Below, in pieces: positions 1 through 7,366 of a stretch of DNA of 64,000 nt. Where the stretch lies: positions 9,724 through 73,723 of the forward strand of contig JAICYB010000009.1 of assembly GCA_025934435.1 (NCBI GenBank). Direction: 5' to 3'. The notes under the pieces are model-generated. The model was given only the letters and a program-made list of their open reading frames with translations, was not told where the DNA came from and did not search any database. The stretch is from Actinomycetes bacterium. Its GTDB lineage: Bacteria > Actinomycetota > JAICYB01. Position numbers and translations under genes: made by a program. Numbering within the stretch: position 1 is the stretch's first letter; the number at the start of each line of letters is the position of its first letter.

Positions 1-1364
1 TTCACTTCCTCGCCCCACTCTTCGTTGGGGATGCCGATCGTGCATGAGTCGCGCACGCTTTCGTGCGTGAGCATCACCGCGTCGACCTCGGCCGGGTAGA
101 TGTTCACGCCGCCGGAGATGATGAGGTCGGCGCTGCGATCGGTGAGGAACAGATAGCCGTCGTCGTCGACGTAACCCATGTCGCCGAGCGTGAAGTAATC
201 GCCCGAGTACGCCTTCGACGTCTTCTCGGTGTCCTTGTAGTACTCGAAGCGCGTCTCCGCTTCCTCCGGCGCGCGCAGGAACACCGTGCCGATCTCGTTG
301 GACGCGAGGACCTTGCCGTCGTCGTCGCGGATCTGGACGTGTCCTTCGGGAACCTTCCCGACGGTGCCGGGCTTCGTGAGCCACTCGTCGGACTCGACGG
401 ACGTCCCGCTTCCTTCCGTCGCCGCGTAGTACTCCCAGATGATCGGGCCGACCCAGTCGATCATCGCTTTCTTCACTTGGACGGGACACGGCGCAGCGCC
501 GTGCGCGATCCGTTTCAGTGACGTGATGTCGTAACGCGTCTTGACGTCATCGGGAAGCGAGATCAGCCGGTGGAACATGATCGGCACGAGATGCATGTGC
601 GTGATGCGGTACCTCTCGACGAGACGGAGCGTGTCCTCCGGATCCCAGCCGTCCATCAAGACGATCGGAAGTCCCCAGAGCAGTGGTAGTCCGAGCGAGA
701 ACGCGAGCGGCGCCGCGTGATACAGCGGACCCGTGCACAGGTAACGATCGGAGTCGTCGTGCGCCGTCGCGGCGCTGCTCTGCGCGCGGCTCGCAGCAGG
801 ACGGCGCCGGTAGACACCTTTCGGTCGTCCGGTGGTGCCCGACGTGTAGAGCATCGTCGTACCGACGCCTTGGTTCTCGACGGCGTCCGGTGATTCGTCC
901 TTCAGCGCGGCGTCGTAGGACTCGAAGTGGTCGATCGCGCCGCCGACCGCGAGACGGACCTTGACGTTCGCCATCTCGGCCGCTTCGGCGCACGTGCTCG
1001 CGAAACGCTCGTCCGCGACGACGATCTGCGCTTCGCAGTCGCCGAGGATGTACGCGATCTCTTCCGCACCGAGGTGCCAGTTGATCGGCGTCAGTCTGAG
1101 GCCGTTCCTCGCGGCCGCGATGTAGACCTCGACGAACTCGGGACGGTTCGAGCACACGAGCGCGATCGCCTGTCCGGCCTCGATGCCCCGGGCGCGCATC
1201 GCGCGAACGAGCTGGTTGCACCTGGCGTCGAGCTCGGCCCACGTCTCGTCCCCGGTCGGGGACACCACAGCTGTTTCGTCCGGCTGGCTCTGGGCGCGCT
1301 GTGCGACGGCTCGATGAGGCAGCGTCGGGTAGCGCGCAGTTTCCTGCGTAACTGTTTCGGTCAA
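1..1364 (-). CDS. Acyl-CoA synthetase / AMP-binding enzyme (3' end runs off the window)
   Basis: Not in the ORF track because its stop lies outside the window. Manual translation from TTG at 1364 (AGGAGGAGGG RBS 6 nt upstream) gives MTETVTQETARYPTLPHRAVAQRAQSQPDETAVVSPTGDETWAELDARCNQL...LTPINWHL...MLYTSGTTGRPKGV, with GDMGY and DLIISGGVNIYPAEV near the window edge. Confidence 0.92.
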   Translation of the reverse strand, partial: MTETVTQETARYPTLPHRAVAQRAQSQPDETAVVSPTGDETWAELDARCNQLVRAMRARGIEAGQAIALVCSNRPEFVEVYIAAARNGLRLTPINWHLGAEEIAYILGDCEAQIVVADERFASTCAEAAEMANVKVRLAVGGAIDHFESYDAALKDESPDAVENQGVGTTMLYTSGTTGRPKGVYRRRPAASRAQSSAATAHDDSDRYLCTGPLYHAAPLAFSLGLPLLWGLPIVLMDGWDPEDTLRLVERYRITHMHLVPIMFHRLISLPDDVKTRYDITSLKRIAHGAAPCPVQVKKAMIDWVGPIIWEYYAATEGSGTSVESDEWLTKPGTVGKVPEGHVQIRDDDGKVLASNEIGTVFLRAPEEAETRFEYYKDTEKTSKAYSGDYFTLGDMGYVDDDGYLFLTDRSADLIISGGVNIYPAEVDAVMLTHESVRDSCTIGIPNEEWGEEV

Positions 1365-1465
1365 TTCGGACCCTCCTCCTACGCCTCCGCCAAGCTTCGG
1401 CGTGGCCTCCCGCCGGACATTTTGCGACGGGAAGCGCGCTTTGGAAAATCGAGTTACATAGAGGT

Positions 1466-2338
1466 ATGGACGAACGCCTCTGCCTTCTGACCGTGCACGC
1501 CCATCCGGACGACGAAGCCTCCAAGGGGGCCGGCACCGTCGCCCGGTACCACGCGGAGGGGGTCCGGACCGTCCTGGTCTGCTGCACGGGCGGTGAAGAG
1601 GGCGACATCTTGAACCCGGAGATGGAGTCCCCGGAGGTCAGGGCGAACATCGCCGCCGTCCGGCGCGAGGAGCTCGCGAACGCAGCGAAGGTGATCGGCT
1701 ACGACGAGGTGGTCATGCTCGGCTACCGCGACTCGGGGATGCCGGGAAGCGACGCGAACCTGCACCCGCGCTCCTTCGCGCAGTCGAATTTCAACGACGC
1801 CGTCGGGCGACTGGTGACGATCATCCGCCGGACGAAGCCCCAAGTCATCGTCACCTACGGCGACGACCACCGCGGGTATCCGCACCCCGATCACATCAAG
1901 GTGCACGACATCACGATGCCGGCGTTTGACGCGGCGGGTGATCCCGATGCGTTCCCGTGGGCGGGGGAGCCGTGGCAGCCGCTGAAGGTCTATTACACGA
2001 TGTGGTCGCGGAAGCGGATGCTCGCGACGCACGAGAAGTTCCTCGAGCTCGGTCTCGAGTCGCCGTACTCGGACGACTGGTTCAAGAACCGAGACTGGGG
2101 CGAGGACACGACGACGACGTCGGTCGACATCTACGGCTACACCGACGCACGCCGCGAGGGCCTGCTCGCGCACCGCACGCAGGTCGACCCGAACTCACGC
2201 TTCTGGTTCGGTCTGCCACCCGAGGTCGCGCGCGAGGTCCATCCGTTCGACGACTACGTCCGCGCACGCAGCTTGGTGGACGAACCACTCCCGGAGGAAG
2301 ACCTCTTCGCCGGAGTGCGCGAACGCGTCAGCGCGTAA
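1466..2338 (+). CDS. mca: Mycothiol S-conjugate amidase (PIG-L/LmbE zinc deacetylase family)
   Basis: VHAHPDDEASKGA, TGGEEGDILNP, GYRDSG, GYPHPDHIKVH and AHRTQVDPN match Mca-type motifs. Confidence 0.88.
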   Translation: MDERLCLLTVHAHPDDEASKGAGTVARYHAEGVRTVLVCCTGGEEGDILNPEMESPEVRANIAAVRREELANAAKVIGYDEVVMLGYRDSGMPGSDANLHPRSFAQSNFNDAVGRLVTIIRRTKPQVIVTYGDDHRGYPHPDHIKVHDITMPAFDAAGDPDAFPWAGEPWQPLKVYYTMWSRKRMLATHEKFLELGLESPYSDDWFKNRDWGEDTTTTSVDIYGYTDARREGLLAHRTQVDPNSRFWFGLPPEVAREVHPFDDYVRARSLVDEPLPEEDLFAGVRERVSA

Positions 2339-2345
2339 CCTCGCA

Positions 2346-2951
2346 CTAGAACTCGTACCAGCTCGTTCTCCCGAGGAAGAATCCGTGATCTGACCGAACG
2401 TCCTCGCATTTCACGGCGTCGACGAAGCCGGCGCAGCGGAACTGCCATCGTGTGATGGACCGGCCCGGTGCGAGTTGGAGGCTCCACGAACCGAGCACTG
2501 AGTCGCTGGCGCATGCGATCTGTGGCGCCGAATCACTCGAAAGGAGCATCCCGTTGCCCCACACCGCGTCCTCCGGGCAGCGCGGCGGGCGGTCTGTTGC
2601 GGGGAATGTCCACGTGCGGTAGGTGTTGGCGATATCACACCGCACGATCTGGTGGGCGGGCCCATCGTATCCCTCCGTGCGCGGGTTATATGTCGGACCA
2701 CTCGAGAACACACACGCGATGTTTCCCGCCGCAGCACTGAAACCGGCCGGCGGCTCGGTGGACGTCGGCGACGAAGGTCGCGTCCTCGGAGCATTGGCAT
2801 CGTCGGTCGCCACCGATCGTGATGCCGAAGGTGTGCTGGTCCTATGCGAAGCCGTCCGCACCGTCGCTGACCGCGAGGCTACGAGGACACTCAACGCAGC
2901 GACACCGCTAAACATGATGCCGACGGCGATCCACTTGACCTTCGTCGTCAC
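2346..2951 (-). CDS. Secreted/membrane-anchored Cys-rich hypothetical protein (DUF6636-like domain)
   Basis: N-terminal hydrophobic segment, Ser/Thr/Pro linker, then FSAAAGNIAC...VRCDI...CPEDAVWG...CASD...FRC...VKC...HGF, the six-Cys 'GNIxC' domain common in actinobacteria. Confidence 0.65.
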   Translation of the reverse strand: MTTKVKWIAVGIMFSGVAALSVLVASRSATVRTASHRTSTPSASRSVATDDANAPRTRPSSPTSTEPPAGFSAAAGNIACVFSSGPTYNPRTEGYDGPAHQIVRCDIANTYRTWTFPATDRPPRCPEDAVWGNGMLLSSDSAPQIACASDSVLGSWSLQLAPGRSITRWQFRCAGFVDAVKCEDVRSDHGFFLGRTSWYEF

Positions 2952-2958
2952 GGGTAGA

Positions 2959-4200
2959 TCACAACGCGACCGCGTCCAAGATGGCTCCGATCAGTTCTTC
3001 ATCCCCTCGTATCGCTCCTTCGATCAGGCGTTTCGCGGTCCCATGTGGTTCGCGTGTGCGTGTGAGCCGGCTGAAGACGTTGCTCACCGATTCGACGAGG
3101 CCCTCTATCACGCCGCTACCGTCCGAGGGACGTTGGGTCAGCGCGGCTGCGAACAGTGCCTCGTTCGCGGCCGCCGTCTCGGTAAGGAAGCGTAAGAATC
3201 CGGACACGGTGTGGATCGCATGGTCGGCAATGGTGGTCTCGTCGAAACGGGGAAGTCCTTGTGTCGCGATGAGCGACCGAATCGCCGAGTCGGTCAGGTC
3301 CCCATCATCCGGGAACCACGCGCGCGCTCGTTCGTTCTTGACGTTTGCCCGCCGAGCCGCCGATGCACACGTGGCGGAGCGTTTCGTCTTCCACAGGAGG
3401 ATCGCCGCGTCGATGACGCGATCGAAGTCCTTCGCATCGTCTTCTACGTTTGGCCGTCGTGCGTCGACCTCGCCGCCGGGTTCAGTGAACAACCAGGCGA
3501 GATCGAAGACCGCGTCGGCGGCCGTCCGGAGATCGATCACATCAGGATCGATCGTTAGGCGCATCACAAGGCCGTCGGTCAGCGCGTGCATCAACGTGAC
3601 GACTTGGGTGTTGGTCGTGCCACGGCGCGGTCGCCGTCCGAGTTGCGACATCGCGAGGGAGAGAACTTCCGCAAGGCGATCCGTCATGTTCTGGTAGTAC
3701 TCGCGCCGGATCTCGATGACGCGCGCTCCGATCGACGCGTGCCTTCCCGACGGTTTCGTCCCCTCCCACATCGGACTTGATGTCATCACTGCCGCATCGA
3801 TAACTCGACCCGCCGGCGTGCCGGGCGACATGAACTGGAAGCGAAGGTTGAGTTCCAACATGTGTCGTAGCGTCGCGATGAGCTGGTCCCGCGATCGCTT
3901 GCCGGAAGTCTCACTCCGGTACGTCTCCATGAGCGAGTCGAGGACACGGTCGAAGCCGCCTCGCTCAGTCGAACTCAACCACGTGGTAATCGCCTCGATC
4001 GCTTGATCAGTCGTCGGGAAGGCTCGAAACGCCGTGTCGCGACTCGGGGCGCCCGGCTTCTTCGAGAGCTGGTCACGGGAGAGCAGGCGCTCGAGCCCGA
4101 CCATCGGCTCGCTGAGCAGACGGTCCAGTGCCGCTTCGAACAGTCGCTCGCGCGCTTCCTCGGAGACCTGTACTTGCCGTCGTGCGACGTTCTCTCGCAA
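2959..4200 (-). CDS. Tandem (two-unit) divergent TetR-like protein
   Basis: Two HTH-like segments (ARERLFEAALDRLL...SRDTAFRAFPT; DFDRVIDAAILLW...ASAARRANV...ARAWFPD). The first is followed by a TetR C-terminal-like GRRPR...LMHALTDGLVMRLTIDPD. TTG start is uncertain. Confidence 0.55.
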   Translation of the reverse strand: MRENVARRQVQVSEEARERLFEAALDRLLSEPMVGLERLLSRDQLSKKPGAPSRDTAFRAFPTTDQAIEAITTWLSSTERGGFDRVLDSLMETYRSETSGKRSRDQLIATLRHMLELNLRFQFMSPGTPAGRVIDAAVMTSSPMWEGTKPSGRHASIGARVIEIRREYYQNMTDRLAEVLSLAMSQLGRRPRRGTTNTQVVTLMHALTDGLVMRLTIDPDVIDLRTAADAVFDLAWLFTEPGGEVDARRPNVEDDAKDFDRVIDAAILLWKTKRSATCASAARRANVKNERARAWFPDDGDLTDSAIRSLIATQGLPRFDETTIADHAIHTVSGFLRFLTETAAANEALFAAALTQRPSDGSGVIEGLVESVSNVFSRLTRTREPHGTAKRLIEGAIRGDEELIGAILDAVAL

Positions 4201-4366
4201 GGCCGCGTCACACCCCTGCTCCAGTGACTATCACCATGGTAGGAGTTCGCGACTTGAAATGCACGTTAAGCCAGTCGGGGGTTGTGCGACACGTCGTCGC
4301 ATCGGCGCGACCCCGTGCCTACTGACAGTGCGGAGGGAACGTGTTATGAACTTCTGGCACGGTCGC

Positions 4367-4397
4367 ATGGTTAACCATTCGACTGATATAGCAGTCG
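4367..4397. promoter_or_regulatory. Two adjacent palindromes upstream of the CHAP gene (candidate operators)
   Basis: Perfect 12-bp palindrome ATGGTTAACCAT (4367-4378) next to CGACTG-ATATAG-CAGTCG (4380-4397), in the divergent intergenic region. Confidence 0.35.
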
Positions 4398-4417
4398 GGG
4401 ACGCCGTGGAGGTGGGG

Positions 4418-6034
4418 ATGACCAGGGACAAGAGGCCAGCACGCGCACGACCGGGTGGAGTCGATTGGTGCTACCGATCGCGAGATGTTGCACCCAGACA
4501 CGTCAAGAATCGACGCGGCCTGTCCGTTCTTCTGATCGTGATCACGGTCGTTCTCGGCGTTAGCGCCGGAAGCCCATCGTTCGCGGTAACGACTGGGAGT
4601 TGGCCTGGGGCGGGCGGCCCCCGTGCGGCTCACGATCAATATGGCTACCCGTATCCCGATGCGCCCGCGTGTACGGCTGGCGGTGCCTGCGACCCTGATA
4701 AGTGGAACTTTTACCAAGGGCAGTGCACATCTTGGGTCGCCTATCGCTTGAATCAGCTGAACAAGGTCGCCTTTAGCAACTCATATGGCGGCCAGCATTG
4801 GGGGGATGCGACCAATTGGGGGACCGCCGCGAGGAACATCCATGTGGCCGTGAACGGCACTCCGGGCCTGGGGAGCGTCGCCTGGTATCAGGGAACCTCA
4901 GGCAATGATGACGGCCACGTCGCCTACGTCGAGCAGGTCAAGTCTTCGTCACAGGTGGTCATCTCGGAGATGAACTACGACTTCGACAACGGCTTTCGCG
5001 TCCGGACGATTTCGACCTCGTCTGGCTGGCCGACCGACTTCCTCCACATCAAGGACGTCCCGACGAATACCGACCCGACGGGCCATTTCGATAGCGCACA
5101 GGGTCGCGTCGGCGGCGTCGTCCGTGTGCAGGGTTGGGCGTTGGACAAGGATGCACCGACGACGCCGATCCATGTTCACATCTACATCGACGGTAAAGCC
5201 GGCTCGGGGGCCCGTTCCGTCGACATCGGGGCTGCGAATGTGTCCCGGCCGGATGTGGGCAGGGCCTACCCCGGGACCGGGTCGAATCACGGGTTCAACA
5301 CGACGATCTCCAGCGTTGCCGATGGAAAGCACACCTTGTATGCCTACGCGATCAATACGCCCACCGGGAACAATCCACTGATCGGCAGCCTCACTGCCAC
5401 GGTTCCCGGGCCGGACCCGATAGGCCGACTTGACTCGGTAACCGGGGGTAAGGCGTCGGCGGACGTCAGTGGCTGGGCTCTCGACCCGGATACGCCGACG
5501 TCGCCGTCGGATGTTCGCGTCGACATCGACGGGTTGACTGGATCGGGCGCCCGCGAGGTCGACATCGGCACGGCTGCTCAGTCCCGACCGGATATCGCGA
5601 CGGCCTACCCGGGAGCCGGCCCGGCGCATGGCTACTCGGCGACGATCGACGGGATCTCGGAGGGTTCGCACACGTTCAATGTGTACGCGGTTGATACAAC
5701 CTCCGGGAAGCTCGTGCTGATCGCGTCGAAGTCAGTAACAGCGCTCGCACCGAACGTACCGCCGGTTGCGATGCTCAACGTGACGCCGCGGAGGGCTCGC
5801 GCGCATCGCATCGTGAACTTCGACGCAACCCAGTCCAGTGATTCCGACGGCACCGTCGTTTCCTACGTGTGGGACTTCGGTGACCACACGACGGGTACCG
5901 GTGCAACGGCTTCACACATCTACCGCAAGCCTGGGAAATATCACGTGACCCTGACGGTGACTGACGACGACGGAGCGATCGGTAGCGCGGTTGTTCGCCT
6001 GGCGGTGATCAAGCATCGACGGAGGCGGCACTGA
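4418..6034 (+). CDS. Secreted CHAP-domain peptidoglycan hydrolase with two Ig-like repeats and a C-terminal PKD domain
   Basis: GGAGG before ATG 4418; hydrophobic signal segment; CHAP motifs FYQGQCTSWV, WGDATNW, GHVAYVE, ISEMNY; two ~110-aa repeats (GWALD...RPD[VI]..AYPG.G..HG); PKD motifs YVWDFGD, HIYRKPGKYHVTLTVTDDDG. Confidence 0.85.
   Translation: MTRDKRPARARPGGVDWCYRSRDVAPRHVKNRRGLSVLLIVITVVLGVSAGSPSFAVTTGSWPGAGGPRAAHDQYGYPYPDAPACTAGGACDPDKWNFYQGQCTSWVAYRLNQLNKVAFSNSYGGQHWGDATNWGTAARNIHVAVNGTPGLGSVAWYQGTSGNDDGHVAYVEQVKSSSQVVISEMNYDFDNGFRVRTISTSSGWPTDFLHIKDVPTNTDPTGHFDSAQGRVGGVVRVQGWALDKDAPTTPIHVHIYIDGKAGSGARSVDIGAANVSRPDVGRAYPGTGSNHGFNTTISSVADGKHTLYAYAINTPTGNNPLIGSLTATVPGPDPIGRLDSVTGGKASADVSGWALDPDTPTSPSDVRVDIDGLTGSGAREVDIGTAAQSRPDIATAYPGAGPAHGYSATIDGISEGSHTFNVYAVDTTSGKLVLIASKSVTALAPNVPPVAMLNVTPRRARAHRIVNFDATQSSDSDGTVVSYVWDFGDHTTGTGATASHIYRKPGKYHVTLTVTDDDGAIGSAVVRLAVIKHRRRRH
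5072..5740 (+). repeat. Two intragenic ~110-aa repeats in the CHAP protein
   Basis: Units begin DPTGHFDS (5072) and DPIGRLDS (5414) and share GWALD.D.PT.P, IDG..GSGAR.VDIG.A..SRPD and G.HT...YA. End coordinate approximate. Confidence 0.75.
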
Positions 6035-6272
6035 CCTTCGCCTCGACTCTCCGCATCATCTCCGAGGGCGTTATCTCGAACCGCGATGCGATACGGAACA
6101 GCCAGCGCAGTGTCGGAGCGCGCAGCCCTCGTTCTAGTTCGCTGATGTAGGTTCGGCCACTCTCGACTTCGAATGCGAACTGTTCCTGCGAGAGATCCTC
6201 AGACTCGCGCAGTTCTCGCAGGACCTGCCCGAAGGCCTGTTCGACGGTGAGAAGGGTCCACGTACCGCGCAT
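6009..6272 (-). CDS. XRE-family HTH regulator (controller C-protein-like), copy A
   Basis: FGQVLRELRESEDLSQEQFAFEVESGRTYISELERGLRAPTL is an HTH_3 pattern. Confidence 0.88.
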   Translation of the reverse strand: MRGTWTLLTVEQAFGQVLRELRESEDLSQEQFAFEVESGRTYISELERGLRAPTLRWLFRIASRFEITPSEMMRRVEAKVSAASVDA

Positions 6273-6290
6273 GCCCTACGTTCTGCGAAC

Positions 6291-6321
6291 GCATGGCATC
6301 GCGCTACACGTGATAACGTGC
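6291..6321. promoter_or_regulatory. Degenerate copy of the XRE upstream box
   Basis: GCATGGCATCGCGCTACACGTGATAACGTGC matches the 6708-6738 box at 24/31 positions and lies 18 nt upstream of XRE copy A. Confidence 0.6.
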
Positions 6322-6418
6322 GCTCATGCCGAAGTGGCACAGAGTCAGTTCCGTGCCCAGGAAACGCGACGCGGCGCCTGATCAGTGGGCAATCTTCATG
6401 CTCGAACCGGCCCGTTAC

Positions 6419-6688
6419 CTACGGACGCATCAGGCGAGGCTCGAGAGCCTCAACGCGTCGAAGGATCTCGGACGGCGCGATGTCGAACCGTCGAGCCAAA
6501 CGGAAGAGCCATCGTAGCGTCGGTGTCCGGATTCCTCGCTCGAGTTCGCTGATGTAGGTTCGGCCGCTGTCGACCTCGAACCCGAGCTGCTCCTGCGAGA
6601 GTTCGTTCTCCTCACGCAGCTCGCGCAGAACTTGACCGAATGCTTCCTCGACCGTGAGGAGTCGCCATCGTCCACGCCGAGTCGGCAT
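6419..6688 (-). CDS. XRE-family HTH regulator (controller C-protein-like), copy B
   Basis: FGQVLRELREENELSQEQLGFEVDSGRTYISELERGIRTPTL; 57/72 aa identical to copy A over the core. Confidence 0.88.
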   Translation of the reverse strand: MPTRRGRWRLLTVEEAFGQVLRELREENELSQEQLGFEVDSGRTYISELERGIRTPTLRWLFRLARRFDIAPSEILRRVEALEPRLMRP

Positions 6689-6707
6689 CCGATAACGGTG
6701 GCGTCCC

Positions 6708-6738
6708 GCATGGCATGGAGCTACATGTCATGCCATGC
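6708..6738. promoter_or_regulatory. Palindromic operator candidate upstream of XRE copy B
   Basis: Perfect 10-bp inverted repeat GCATGGCATG-N11-CATGCCATGC, 19 nt upstream of the ATG. Confidence 0.65.
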
Positions 6739-6744
6739 AATATC

Positions 6745-7272
6745 TCAGCGACTCAACGGTACGGGGGCACGACGCAGCTCGATCTGCTCCGATCTGCTGA
6801 CTCGGTCTTCGACCGTCGCGAAGAACTCCAACGCCTCGACGGCTTCGCGGAGCGTCGACACGCGGCCGGCCGTGATCACGGCATCGTCCTGGATCGCAGG
6901 GAGGCGATCTTCGGGGTGCCAGATCTGACCTGCGTACGGACCGGGCGGCAGATCGTTCGCTAATCCCTCTGCGGGACGGACTGATCCGTCGGGTTGCAGC
7001 TCGCCCCAGACGATCCATCCGCCGCGCCGCAAGCCATCGTACGCGTCGTCGAGCAGGAGGACGGCGAGCGCGGTCGCAAGTTCCGCGCTCGCGCATCGGC
7101 CGCGGACTTCGATCGATACGCCGGGGGGCGTGACACTGAGCGCGACAAGCGCTTGCTCGACGACATCGGGCAACTTCTCACCGCTCCCACCCGTGCGACG
7201 AGCGACGACCTCCGCGATCCCTTCTGGCGTTGGGCAGGCGACAACAGCGAGCGCGGCGCAGCTCCTCTCCAT
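6745..7272 (-). CDS. Stand-alone, divergent ComM/YifB N-terminal (ChlI/Lon-C-like) domain protein
   Basis: ELATALAVL...WGELQPDGSVRPAEG and VSTLREAVEAL resemble the DLxxAxAxL...GELxLDGxVRPVxG and VxTLxE motifs of ComM/YifB. No AAA+ Walker motifs follow. Start re-picked to ATG 7272. Confidence 0.5.
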   Translation of the reverse strand: MERSCAALAVVACPTPEGIAEVVARRTGGSGEKLPDVVEQALVALSVTPPGVSIEVRGRCASAELATALAVLLLDDAYDGLRRGGWIVWGELQPDGSVRPAEGLANDLPPGPYAGQIWHPEDRLPAIQDDAVITAGRVSTLREAVEALEFFATVEDRVSRSEQIELRRAPVPLSR

Positions 7273-7366
7273 GAAACGAAATGACAGGGATGTAACTCTA
7301 CATTCGAGCAGTGACACAATTGACGGCGGCATCATGTTCGGGTCCACGGCGGGAGGGGAGACCGCG

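Noticed and set aside
4201-4417. c-di-AMP (ydaO) riboswitch ahead of the cell-wall hydrolase
   Set aside because: I could not find the conserved ydaO segments by eye. An Rfam/Infernal scan would settle it.
2346-7272. Prophage, ICE or restriction-modification system
   Set aside because: No integrase, structural, conjugation, nuclease or methyltransferase gene, and no att-like repeat seen.
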